Notes under the pieces: model-generated
Told to the model about the DNA's origin: nothing
Databases searched by the model: none
What the model saw: the letters and a program-made list of their open reading frames with translations, nothing else
Position numbers and translations under genes: made by a program
Assembly (NCBI GenBank): GCA_965203295.1
Contig: CBDBCZ010000017.1
Location: 2,080,001 to 2,144,000, forward strand
Length of the DNA: 64,000 nucleotides
Source of the DNA: Nitrospirales bacterium
Lineage (GTDB): Bacteria > Nitrospirota > Nitrospiria > Nitrospirales > UBA8639
Direction: 5' to 3'
Shown here: piece after piece, positions 42,672 to 55,021 of the stretch
Position numbering within the stretch: the first letter of the stretch is position 1
How the letters are laid out: each line of letters starts with the position of its first letter

Positions 42672-44229
42672 CCAAAACAACCAGCTGGCTCCCTCCTTAT
42701 ATAGGCAGCACTTGCTCGAAACACTTGTGGGTTTGCAAAACTCTCAATATTAGCAATTAAGTTGCATGAATACCATTAAGTGCTCTGCAGCCATAATTAT
42801 GGCCCTAACAACAGGACTCTTTCCCCTCACTATGATAGAGTTTTAACACAATAAAGTTGAGGTCTGAATATGGAGTTGCACATGCCTCAGTCAGCAGCGT
42901 GACTACTGCCATTGGCAGATGCTCCCATGCAAATCACATGGAAGTGACACTTTGCATTTCTATCTGTATACAGAGCAAGCAAAGCGAGCGCAAGTAGTTG
43001 TAAACATGATCTTACACACATTAACATAGTTTGTAGCTGTGCTTTACTTCCAATTAACAGCATTAAAGTGAACCTCATACCGAGGCCTTTCACCTCATAC
43101 TGTAGCCGTGGGGAAAAATCTAGACAGAAGGCCTTGTGTATGAATTGAGGAATGTGGGGTAGTTACATAGCGGGGGATGTGGGTAGAGTCCACACATATT
43201 ACAGGTCTATTTTCCATACTACAAACTATATCTGGGTGGCAATCTAGCCAATGTAGGACTCTAACGAGATCTCATTAGTGTCCTTACTAAACCTGCACCC
43301 CAGTGTCTGATGAAGTATATCGACTTACAAAACCATGCAGTCAGCAAACAGATTTTCGAAAAACATTTTTTGTGCAAGTTCTGCTAGACCCTCCCTCTCC
43401 TTCTCATTCCTTTCCCTCATTTTTTTATCCCGTGGCGCTTATGTGTGAACGAGGCTAAGCAATTTGTCAGTTTTCCAAACGGTCATTACAGAATCTTTAT
43501 AATTGGCGTTTCAAATTAGAGTTTGAAAGAAGGCAAAAAAAATTTGATGTTGTGCGTACGTAATATGGCCTTGTACCCAGGCCCCTCCCACCCTGCCCCG
43601 AAAGTGGGTCTGGTATCCACTGTTTGTGCATGCATGCAATTTACCAGAATCTTGGTAAATCGTGTACTACCATGTTACATCCGTATGCTAATGATGTCAT
43701 GTTCGGTTATGAATCCGTTAACGTTTTGTAACATGAGTGAAGGTAGCGCATGCAGTGATGCTTGTGCCAAGTAGATGCCTAGAAAGTGATCAGTAGTTTG
43801 AATTTCAATCCTACAAGCCTAGAAGAGCACATCTGTAATTAAAAATTGGGCAGCTCACAGTTTATTGCCAGATAAAGGTGCTTCCGACTCTTATGGTGAG
43901 ATAGCTACTATACTCGTAGCGGACAGTAAATTACCTGTTCTCTTACTACATGACTTGTGATTTCAGTTGTAAAAAGTCGGATTTTTAGTCTTCCGCTTCC
44001 AACACTCGTATACTGTCCCCGTTGTATTCCTGGCCATGTGATTAAGATTGCTCACGGATACATTTACTGGCCCTGTTCCGCACATTTTCGCCGCACAAAT
44101 GTGAACAGTGGAAACCAGTTGTAGGTCCTTTTTCAGGGTGGGAGGGGCCTGGGTACGAGGCTAGTACCTAATAGTGACCAAAGAGGTTCTAGTCTCCACA
44201 AGTCCAAGGCCAGCTCTATCTTATTAATA

Positions 44230-45010
44230 TCGGTAAGGCCGGCCATTTTATTACGATCTAGAACTCCAACTCCAATAAGGCAGAGGCCAGGCACACGCGG
44301 TCTCTTGACATGTGTTCATAGTGGAGTATACATAGTGAGGCATCTGTGTCTTTACTGCGGTGATCAGTCACGCCCTACGGCAGTACAAGAACACGATATA
44401 CGTGTTCATTCTGTTATTAATTTAGGTGCGGTCTGCAAAGTCCAGGAGCATGGGGCATGTCTCTGCTGGAACTTTTATTCGCTTTTTGTGAGGGTGGGGG
44501 GAGGGGAGGGACTGGTGAGCTAGACTAAGGGTCCCCTAACCTTTCTGATCACTGCTTGTTCAGTTCAGCATGATCTCAGGTGCCCTTCAGCAGCAGTCAG
44601 TCATAGATCTCACTCACTCCTCCCTAAGGTGGGGGAGAGGGAATACGTAATGACCAGGTAATGTGGAAGCATCTAATTACAGCAATGGAGAGAACCAATT
44701 ACTACTGAGTGATGTGAAGCAGAGTGAGGTCAGTACTTGGGCTCAGATCTCTCTTAGCAATCTGTAGGGTCACCATTCTACACATATGCACTGGGTTCCA
44801 CATATCCAACAAAAGCCACGAGTGCACATGCAAGTCAAGACATTCTGATGACTAGCCGACAGCAAGGTAGAACTTGAAAAAGAGAGGACAGCAGAAGATA
44901 CTACCGCTGCTATGGTACTTGCTAGGCCACAGTGTAAGTACCAGGAGTCCCCAGAGGCTGACTGAGACCAGGCTCCAACGAGGGAGAGAGGTCAGGCACC
45001 ACTGGACTTA
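44230..45010 (-). pseudogene. Highly decayed p38 MAPK exon remnants; block duplicated at about 59330-60165
   Basis: 44541-44625 reads [16 protein letters not shown]. Weaker remnants QPLGTPGTYTV (Gly-loop-like) and ITAVKT..HY lie in collinear order. Confidence 0.55.
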
Positions 45011-45741
45011 TCCTGAAGGATTGTCTGCCTCAGTCAACAGTCTTCCCGTTGTGCCGATTTAGTCGGTCTGTGCTCAACGAATACTGTTTTTCAAATAGTG
45101 TGTGGGAGATGAACAGCCCTCAGTTGCATCGTTTCAATTAGGGCGTGGGCATGTAAGTACTGTTGCATGGGCATAAAAGTCTAATATCCTACATCATGGC
45201 ACGTGATAAGTGGTACCAGGCCTTCCCCCTCGCTTTTTCATCATTGCTGCAAGATAAAAGCTGGGGTAGGAAGGACTGGAAATGAGGGTACTACATTAAT
45301 ACATGTGATTCTGCAGGCGCCTATGGGGGCTGTAGCTCTGGTGTGCATTCTACAGTGAATTCCTAGTTATTACACCACACTCATGCGCTGTGGGTTAGTT
45401 AAGCAGTTGGTTCATCTGTCATCAAATGTATTAGGAAAATTAGGAAATCATTTTTATGTCAGGGTAATGCTGGCTACTAAGTCAAAGCCTAGCATCTTTC
45501 ATAACCCTGGAGTTAAGTTTCAAAGTCCAGGCCTGTTTTCACTTTGCCACTGACTTTCCTTTAGCCAGAATGGTCTGTGACATTGCATGGTCCTGCCACT
45601 CTTAGTGAAGCTACGCATATAACAGTGCATGTGGTAACCTCGTTCCCGCCTCCACTGCCAATGTTATTGCATGTTAGCAGTGGTGACAGGGGAACGGAGA
45701 GACTAGTCCCTGGGCTCTATTATGAGATACACTATTACGTT

Positions 45742-45811
45742 AGCCCATACCAGTATTGCATGAGCTCCCAAAAATTAATTCTTTCCATCCACCATGGAAG
45801 CAAAGTGTATT
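45742..45811 (-). ncRNA. Putative Sm-class small RNA, unit 5 (type B)
   Basis: Element 45863-45875, 18-nt spacer, TATAAAAG 45837-45844; hairpin UUCCAU/AUGGAA, Sm site 45768-45776, 9-bp 3' hairpin AGCUCAUGC/GUAUGGGCU. Confidence 0.7.
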
Positions 45812-46634
45812 ACAGAACGCTATACTACCCTCTCTGCTTTTATAGCCCCACTGTGAGCAGGTGACTTGTGGGTTTGATACAAGCAAAGACATTCATTCAC
45901 CCAGAATGTAATTATGGTTACAGCTCAGTCTCAGAGCACATGATATAGAAAGTGTAGTTTTGAATGCTGGGCCAATCATGGGGTACGGTAGTACTCCATA
46001 TGTAGGGATGGCATGAGAAAAAAATGGCGGCACCATATAACGCGTACAAAATCATACGTTCAGAACTCGGCTGTAATTACAGGTATTTTATGAGCCATTT
46101 CATGACATCTCGAGTGATTCCATCAGCAACAAGACTGTTAGTGTTGCTTGAAAGCTTCATTGGAGTACCAGACCGGCAAGTCAACATACTGGGGGGGAGG
46201 GGGCCTAATGGTATAATTCTTTCTTCTTCTTCGGCTAGGCTAGCGCAATAATGGCTGAAGCGATCACAATGATTCAAGCGTGAACAAGCTGGATATTCCC
46301 TGAGGTATTGCACTCAAAGAAATCGAATAGGTTCAGCAGCATTAAATTTACGAGTCCTCTCGATTGGAGGCTTGCCGTTCCACGCCATTTAATGACTACT
46401 GTTCTGTCCCGTTCTGGGTTTTAGAAATTTGTATTATGCATATGAAAATTTACGTGTTTGTCTATTAAACGCCTACCTTTGACCGTGCCAGCTGTCCGGG
46501 TCACCCCTACTCCCAAATTAATTTTGGTTACAGCTCAGTCTCAGGGCACAAGATATAGAAAGTGTTCTGTCCCGTTCTGGGTTTTAGAAATTTGCATTAT
46601 CAAAATTCCAAAGGCTTAGCTACCACCTCAATCA

Positions 46635-46690
46635 GCAGCGATGAACCAGGAGGTGCAGCTCAGGCCAGGCACCTCCTGGTTCATCACTGC
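46635..46690 (-). other. 22-bp stem, 12-nt loop hairpin (pre-miRNA-sized)
   Basis: GCAGCGATGAACCAGGAGGTGC / GCACCTCCTGGTTCATCACTGC; the single mismatch becomes a G-U pair on the minus strand. Confidence 0.6.
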
Positions 46691-48014
46691 ATAAGTCACA
46701 AACTAGACTACATTTAACACACACATGGCTGATTATATGTTGCTAAAACGGATTCTGGCCAGAGGTACTGTTTAAGAGTAGTATGATAGCTAATTTAGTG
46801 AGGGGGCCCCGTGTCCGTCCAAACGATGGAGTTGTCTGGACATCCGGCAAATCTACCTCGTTCTCTGGGCCTTTCTGGGCCTTTCTGTCTGCCTTTGTTA
46901 TACCGTGAGCCGCTGTTGTTCACTTGCTATGAAAAGCCTTTGAAATGAGGTGTATCGCATTTGGACAACCCTTACCGTCCGAACACCCCTCACTCTACTG
47001 GAGGGGGGAGGCAGCTATTCGTCTTTGTGACACTAGAAACTGCAATATATCTTTGTCCTTGGTGATAATTTAAAGTTCAATATCATGGAGTACTGTACTA
47101 CTCCATGCATGTGTAGGGGTGACCCTGAAAAAATGGCCTCCCCATTAAATGTGTACAAAATGACATGTTTAGAACTCTGCTGTACATTCCAATTCGGACG
47201 GGTATGATTGACCCTCGGGTAGTGCCTTTTGGGCGTAGCGTTTTCAAAGAACTCGAATTAGTTCAGCAGTATTAACGAGCACTCTCGAGTGGACGCTTGC
47301 CACCCACACGCCATTTTATGGTAGGATACGCATGCACAGACTGCCTGCACTTGTTGGTCTATTTAAAACCTACAAGTTCAAAATTGTATCTCGGCTAGTG
47401 ACTACCCTCCCCTGGGCCTCGGGGGGGGGGGGGGGGGGCAAGGCACATGTTCACTTCATGCATAAACAAACCTCAAGTCACCTACAATGCAAATAACTGC
47501 CACCATATGCAAATAAAGCACGCGAGGCGTATTTCACATGCGTATTCCTAGATATAATATCTGATTCAGGACAGCTGCAGTCAGCAGAGCTATAGAGTAG
47601 AACTCCTCCAAATCAGGAGTCCCGGGCTCGGACAGGACTGATGTACTTATACTGCTAGTGCTAGGGGATGCTTCGATATAACATACCAAAGTCGCTTGGT
47701 CTCTACAAAACATAGCTAGCTCGTGCAATCTCACTTTCTAGCTTCAATCAAACTTGCTCATGCTCTCCCAAAATGCCCTGCATTCACCTAGTATTATACC
47801 GCCAAGGTTAGATAACATCACAATTAGAGTCAATGGCATCAGTAGGTTGGATCTGTCTTTAGTGCTTTTACCATGGGAGGCTTGCTGCACACCAAGGCTG
47901 TTTGTAGCCAGTACAAAACAAAAGAGCTGATATATATGGCAATATACACACCCTGTAGCACTGTGTGCCCCCCCCCCAACACTGGAACAGTACATTCACA
48001 TTTCAGTGAGCTAT

Positions 48015-48091
48015 AGGCTGCTTCATTAGGCCTCCCAAAAATTGTAAGCAAAAATTGTAACTAAAAAAACACCTTTAAGATAAAGAGCAAT
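48015..48091 (-). ncRNA. Putative Sm-class small RNA, unit 6 (type A; duplicated Sm-like site)
   Basis: Element 48140-48152, 17-nt spacer, TTTATAAGG 48114-48122; AAUUUUUGC at 48048-48056 and AAUUUUUGG at 48035-48043; AGGC/GCCU stem. Confidence 0.55.
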
Positions 48092-48385
48092 CAAAGACTG
48101 CGTGCATTTCCCTCCTTATAAAGGCAGCATTGCTCAATACACTTGTGGGTTTGCCAGTAATTAGTAATTAAGGTGCATGAATACTGTTATATCTGTCCAG
48201 TCTGAAATACTAGTGCTGCTTCTTCTCTTGAAAAGCTATGTATACAACAGTGGTAGCCTCGTTCCCAGTCTCCACTGTCAATGTTTTTGCATGTTGGCAG
48301 TACTAGTGGTAACAAGGCTTTAAAAGTGGCTCTGTAGAGAGAATGGAGATTCCAGTCCCTGGGCTGCAAGACCAGTACTAGATAA

Positions 48386-48466
48386 ATCCATACCGGTATG
48401 GGCTCCCAAAAATAAGTCCTTTGCCTACCATGCAAATGGCAAGGGTAGCTGATTACTATGGATTCT
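48386..48466 (-). ncRNA. Putative Sm-class small RNA, unit 7 (type B)
   Basis: Element 48516-48528, 18-nt spacer, TATAAAG 48491-48497; hairpin CUUGCCAU/AUGGUAGG, UAUUUUUGG at 48406-48414, 3' hairpin CCAUA/UAUGG. Confidence 0.62.
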
Positions 48467-48991
48467 ACCTCACCCTCTCCTTAGAGCTTTCTTTATAGTT
48501 CCACTGTGGGCAAGTCACTTGTGGGTTTGGTACAAATACAGATATTCATTCACCCAGAATGTAGGTATGGTTACAGCCCAGTCTCAGGGCCCAGATGTAG
48601 AGTGCAGTTTTGAACGCAAGCCCAATAGTACTCACCTAGCCTGACACAATACAGTATGACAAGAATTTGGCCACAAATATCAATTAAGCTATTAATTGAG
48701 GGTGGCCACTATTTTGTTCAGCACTTCCAGAGGTGCGGCTTCAAATCGAGTGTGACTACTAGTCAAGGGCGCTGTCTATTCGTGGACATACGGTATACTG
48801 CCACGTCTGTTTGGCCAGGAAAGTTTTATACTACTCTTTAGATTCTGAGCACTGTACATCAGCCTGAGGATCAAATATGCTGTCAATTTGCCTGACAACT
48901 CGCTGCTACACTACTCAGGCTTATAATGAGACTAATGAGACCCTGGTTACCAAAGGCCCACCCTGGTGACCCCCTCTACCAAGACACTAAC

Positions 48992-49125
48992 CAGTTCAGC
49001 ATAATCTCAGGTGCCCTCCAGTAGCGTGTTGTGACGTGGCCGGTCATGATCTCAGCTGACGCTCGAGCCAGGACAAAGTTGAGGACTTTGATTTCACTCA
49101 CTCCGGTGTTGCTGAGCTTCAGAGC
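48992..49125 (-). pseudogene. p38 MAPK activation-loop exon, decayed
   Basis: [48 protein letters not shown] changed to NFV, TGY to TGH, and a deletion before the donor. Confidence 0.85.
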
Positions 49126-50023
49126 CTGAGATTGGAAACAAGATGGTGTGGTAATGTAATACTTCCCAACTCATCAAGCAAAGCACCTTGGCCTACATGT
49201 AAGATTAGAATTGAGGTTGCATCGTGGATCCACGCACTGCTAAAGAACAGCTGCAATACCTTTAGGTGTAAAACTGGGTGTTTGGTGAGCATTTGTTATT
49301 GAATTCCTGCCAGGCCTCCCCCACAAGAAAAGAACAACAACCCCCAAAAAATGGCTCAGCACTTTTCCCAGTTACATTTGTTCACTTGTGTGGGAAAACA
49401 AGGTTAGTAGCTAGGGAATGTGAAGTGTGGGGGTTGGAAAATTGTCCGAAAATGTAGGGATGGTAATCTGTGATAACCTTGTGGTACTTCCTTGGTTGTT
49501 TTTTTTGGGATTCCATCATTACATGTTCTTTCAGGTTTTCTATAACCTGTTTCTGTTCTTTTTTGAGGGAGAGAAGAGTATGGATGGTTGTGTTGATGGC
49601 AATTGTAATGTTCCAGAGTTGCGTATCTGTGAATTCTGTCTATTTCCTATAGAAGATGTATCAGGTGGGCAAACCTTTGCCCCCTCAGTAGTGTAGAACT
49701 ACTTTCTGATGAATTTGTGGTATATTCACCACGTAGGACATGCGCACACACACATGCATAAAATTTCAATCATCACAACACGGCCTCGCTTACACTTGCC
49801 CTGAAAACCTTCAGCCTTCACTTATCAAGAATATTGTTCTGGTATCAGTTGTAGGTATACCACATTCAAACACAATACAATAATGGCACTTTACCGAGGG
49901 AGGTTTGATGCACTCTAATTACGCAATGCAAAGCTATGAGTACTTGAAGACAAGTTGGGCATGAAAAATACAGCACTGTGCGCACCAATCATCACGGTAC
50001 ATTCACATTTCAGAGAGCTATAT

Positions 50024-50089
50024 AGGCCTCCTTGGTTAGTAGGCCTCCCAAAAATTGTACTGATCTCCAACTAGTAGATTGGCAACACT
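50024..50089 (-). ncRNA. Putative Sm-class small RNA, unit 8 (type A)
   Basis: Element 50135-50147, 17-nt spacer, TTTATAAGG 50109-50117; CCAA..UUGG stem, Sm site 50048-50056, AGGCCU/AGGCCU 3' stem. Confidence 0.65.
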
Positions 50090-51594
50090 GAAGGGCCTGT
50101 AGCCCTCTCCTTATAAAGGCAGAACAGTTCAAACCACTTGTGGGTTTGTCAATATTAGCAATTAGGCAGCATGAATAGGTTTATGTCTGAGATATAGTGC
50201 TCAGAGTCTGCAGGCACTGCCTAGCTACTTTAAAAGTAAGGCTCTGGACTGACAATAAGGTACTGGTCTGCCAAATCCTCCATAGACTGCCATACTTAGT
50301 GGTCATGATTATTTGACGCCACAGAGATGCTGTAACCGTAGGGACTTTCCCTTACTAGAATCCATAATCATGCAGTTTACACCAAGCTACAGCCTGTTTT
50401 GCCATTTTTTTGGTATGAGTGTAGACATGGTGGCTTCAGAGTGTCTGTTCAAAGAGTACATGCATGTAAAGGACAGCGCGAACGGGAAAAGAACGTACCG
50501 CCGTGCTTTCTAGGCAGCTGAACAGCGGGAAGGTTTGTATTTTGGTAGCGTATGCCACCTAAAGCAGACCGATGTTGAGTGTCAGTGATGGAGAACAGGT
50601 TCTGCTAAAAGAAGGTATACCGTTATTCTATAGAAGACACCACTGAGAAGACAGATGCTAGAGGAGAACCTATCAGAGGGGCACTCTAGCAGAGACTGTT
50701 GGAAAGAGATGCCAGGCTGCAGCAGATGAGCAGTCTGGAGGGAGAGAATTGACATAGCCAGTTGCACATGTATGCAAGCATCTCTCTCTTATGTAGCGGT
50801 TCTGAGGTGCACAAATTCCATGCACACTTGGCTACATTGAGATACGTCATGTTCAGAAGTACTCACTGATCTGCACCTATATCCTGAGGGTATGCTGAAT
50901 TGGCCAATTTCAATGGCAAGAACTAATCCTCTACCGGCGTCAATGTGCCACTCACTACAGCTTGCCACGACTGCCCAATGAGCTGAAGTGCATACAGTTG
51001 CGAGCAGATGCCCTGGAACAGAGACCGTGTTCATACAGAACAGACAAACTGGAACTGATTCTGAAGAATTCACGCATCACTAGCATGTTTGTTTAGTAAT
51101 GAAATGCTACACTAGCTGTAATACTTGGCAGTTGCGTGTGAGTGGCTCAAGTCGGCTACACTGTCTGGTTGTGCAACTCGGCAAAGCTACAGTAGGTTGT
51201 CCGGTTCTGTAATGGAGTTTTATCACCCAGTTGTGCAACTGTGTAACTCCAGTTACACAACCGGACAATTCTAGTATTGTCCGGTTGTACAACCGGACAA
51301 CTTTAGCGCTACTCGGTTACGCAACGGGGCAATCCCATTGCCTAACCGGATGGCACTTTCTGCAGGGGTGTGCATCGGCCATAAGCATGCTACATCTGTT
51401 CCAATACTGTCACCACATGCAGTGTAGCTACTGGCATACATCTGTTTTCTCAAAAGTGTGCAATCTTAAAGTAGCAAATCTGTAGGCTAGCGTCAAACAT
51501 GTCCAAAAAGACATGATTGGACATGGGTACAGCATCCACCACTGAATACTTGCCAGAACTGGATAACATGTTACTATATCCTGTACATGTATAA

Positions 51595-51664
51595 AGCCCA
51601 TACAAGAATGGGCTCCCAAAAATTCTTTTCCCTATGGGGAAAGTCACCCACAATTTGCTGCTGT
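51595..51664 (-). ncRNA. Putative Sm-class small RNA, unit 9 (type B)
   Basis: Element AAACCCATAAGTG 51716-51728, 18-nt spacer, TATAAAAG 51690-51697; UUUCCC-CAUA-GGGAAA, Sm site 51616-51624, AGCCCAU-UCUUGU-AUGGGCU. Confidence 0.72.
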
Positions 51665-53439
51665 CAACCTTACCCACCTGTCAGAGCTGCTTTTATAGCC
51701 CCTCTGTGAGCAAGTCACTTATGGGTTTTGTAGGAATACTGATATTCATTAATTCACCCAAGATGTAATTACTGTCTATGATCACTGTTCACTCTCAGGG
51801 CCATTAGTGTAGCCTTCTACCCAGGCCTTCCCTCACAGCTTTTTTCGCAGCCGTGGCAAAAAGCGTGGTCAAGGCCTGGAAGTAAACACCACGTGATGCG
51901 TGCCATCGTCTTCGCCACTACAAGGGTTCACGGCTTCATTTGCACTCATGACGTTTTTCAAGTGGCGCTCTCCCGAGACTCTAGCAACACTGTGTTCGGG
52001 AGACTCTCACTACTGTATAGTTGGTGAGCCGAACGGGTCATGATAGTAGAGAATCCCAAGAAATGCAAGCGTCAACCGCTGGCAAAAAAGTTTACGCTGC
52101 TCGAGTTGGTATGCCAAGGACTGTTGTGCCGATTAAATGTGGCTGTCTGTGCATCTAGCTCTCAAGCGAGTGTAGTATATAGTCTCCAGCTTCGCTTTCC
52201 TGTTGCTCTTTTAACTTTGAAGGTTACTATAAATCGTCACGTGTATTTCTGTCAATGTCACTTCATTCCTTCGCGTTGCAGCTGATGTAAGCGGTGGCAC
52301 GCCTCACGTGACGTTTACTTCCAGGCCTTACCCACGCTTCTTGCCACGGCTGCGAAAGAAGCCATGAGGAAAGGCCCGGGTACGAGGCTACCAATAGTCT
52401 GGGCAGATACTGTGGCAATGTAGGGAGTCCATCGTACATTTATCAATGTTAGGTCAATAAAATTTGATAGCACATGCCAGGCCTGACATGTACAGCAATA
52501 GGTACAAGGTTATCGTTAGACAAAATTGGCACACCAAGAGTAGAAAGGTAGTAGGAGGTACTTGTAGAGCATGGGCGAGCACAGTTGCAATTCTCAGACG
52601 AGTGAAGGGTGAAGGTAGCGAATGTACACTTCTTGTAGGTAATCTTTACAACCCAAATGTGCCACAGACTCTCTGCTGAAACAAAGCCTCCGGAAGAATG
52701 TAGCCGTCCTCTAAATTGGACCCTACCACACGTAATGACGTAAGAAGATAACGGGACTTCATATAGCAGGCCCTTCACTTTACCTTTGTGCAAGTGGGGG
52801 CCTGGGAACGAATCCCAGCCAAGTTTTTATACATCCATAAGGCTTATGTGAATTTATATTGGCCTTTTTATATTAGGCGTTAATGTAAAGTACATGTATT
52901 TTTTATTTTATATGGGCACATAAATGTGGCGTTCAAAGACCACAGCTCCAAGGGCTGTGGTTTAATTTGTTCGTAGCATGTCTAAACGGCTGTCTGAGTG
53001 AGCAATAAGAGCGGTCGGCACCGCAAGTTACTCCACCTCTGTCTGTAGTTTGTAGAGAGTCATACTGCCAGCCTAGTCTCGCGAGACTAACTGCCAGCTC
53101 TTGTGGCTACGCAAGAGCTAGATCGGTGTACTGTTGTAGCTACTAGCTGGCTTTCATATTGAATAGAGTTGCTAGTTTGTGATAATACAGAAGATTTTGA
53201 GTTGTTAAAACCGTTTTGTCATGCTTACCGTTTGACCATTACGTACCTCCCGGTAAATATCTACAGAGCTCTAGAGAGCCTAGCCAGCTCTAGTTGGTCA
53301 AGCTAACTGAATTCTAGGCGTTTTAGAAGCTTGCTTGCCATACTCTTTGAACCGCTGTTGGTAGCTCCGGTGCAATATATATATATATATATATCACCGG
53401 AACCAGTGCAATATGGAATATATTGCACTGTTGGTCCCT

Positions 53440-53535
53440 TTGATACACCTACGCAACATGCTACATGTCAGGAGCAATGGCTACTGCAGGGCCCTCCTTA
53501 CAGAGGCAGCACTTGCTCAAAACACTTGCTGGCCT
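53440..53535 (-). pseudogene. Degenerate unit 10
   Basis: Type A spacer retained; upstream element and TATA mutated (TCTGTAAGG); no Sm site downstream. Confidence 0.5.
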
Positions 53536-54066
53536 TAAAAAGTCAATTAACAATTTCAAAAAGGGCTAACCATTTCAAAGCAGGAGGTTATTATAGGGAG
53601 TGATTTAGTAAGTGGTTCTCAGTAACTGAAGGGTGATTGGAAAAAAGCTGACATTGCTTTGCTGTGAGTAGGTTGCAAATTTGTAAGGCCTGGCTTGATG
53701 ATTATGGGCGAAAATGAGCTTATTGGGGTGGTCAGGTGGTTAGAGGTGATCTGGGCTGAAAAGCTGGGTCTGACGCATTCCCGTGAGAAGCCACAATGTT
53801 TTTAGCCTGTCTTCTGTAGTTAAAATAAATTGGGCTTTTGTGGATTATTTAGCAGAGAGTGTGGATATATACACACTTTTAGTCAATTTAGTGTACACTT
53901 TCATGTTGACATCCATTTGATTACATGTACGTAGCCTGAGGAGTGCTGCCAACTCCCTACACAACTCACTGCTACACTACTCACAACTTGCAGGCTTATA
54001 ATGAGACTAATGAGACCCTGGTTACCAAAGGCCCACCCTGGTGACCCCCTCTACCAAGACACTAAC

Positions 54067-54175
54067 CATAGCACTTCCGGTTCAGCAGTTCAGGGTGCCT
54101 TCCAGTAGCCTGTTGTGATGTAGCCAGTCACAGCTCAGCAGACTCTCCCACCAGGGTGCTGTTGGGCTTCACATC
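54067..54175 (-). pseudogene. p38 MAPK activation-loop exon, frameshifted
   Basis: DVKPNSTLV... then TGYITTGYWKAP in a shifted frame; downstream intron nearly identical to 48919-48991. Confidence 0.75.
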
Positions 54176-54341
54176 CTGAGACAAGGAGAGGAAGCTTAGT
54201 AGATATTTTTCCATCTCAAACAAGACTACTGAGGTTGCCACCATGTAGAGCAATTAGCTACACATACTGTAGGTACAGAGTTTTCTAAGAATGCTTGCAA
54301 CAAGGACTAGCAAACCACAAATTGAAACGTAGCTAAACTAA

Positions 54342-55021
54342 TTGGGGCGAGCCTGAGCGAGCCCCACACTAGCGAGTTGACTCTGCATTTCTGTCCGTAT
54401 TATTATCATCATTATGGTACGTAAGTCGTGCCGGAACTATGCACAATGTTCTATATTTGCGCCCTTGGTATAAATTTCTTTAACCACGTGCACGTGCGTA
54501 TACGAGGCTTCAGTGACAGCATGAACGGGAGAGGAACCGCTGTGTTTTGCAAACCAACAGAAGACCGGCATTGTTAGCTAGCTAATTAGCATATCAGTAG
54601 CCATTAGACATGGGCAATATGACCTGTCATCAATCTGCCCCAGGATATTACCTCTTTTGTCGCTAGCTTGCCATGACTGCCCAGCGAGCTTGATATCATA
54701 GTTAAAAGAAAGGAAAGAGCCTTTATTTTTGACTTCCATGCTTGTGAAAAGAGCCATCGTGCTTAATAGTGTTCTATAGGCCTAGTGCTTGCTGGCACTA
54801 CACTGATGCTCCTGCTCTACTACAAGAGGACGGACCTCATCACTGAGCAGAGACCATAGAACACACTGACAGGAATGCACTTCAGAGCATTCTCCAAATT
54901 TTTCATTCCTCAAGTTACTCACTCAGTCTGTCACTGCACAGACTCTGAAAAATTTGTACGTCCTCATTGTCATCACATGCTTCGCGAAGGCTCGCCCCAC
55001 TATGCCCTGCATATCACTAGT
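54342..55021 (+). mobile_element. Helentron/HINE-like element, same family as 35054-35802
   Basis: TTGGGGCGAGCCTGAGCGAGCCCC start; AGGCTCGCCCCACTATGCCCTGCATATCACTAGT end. Confidence 0.75.
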
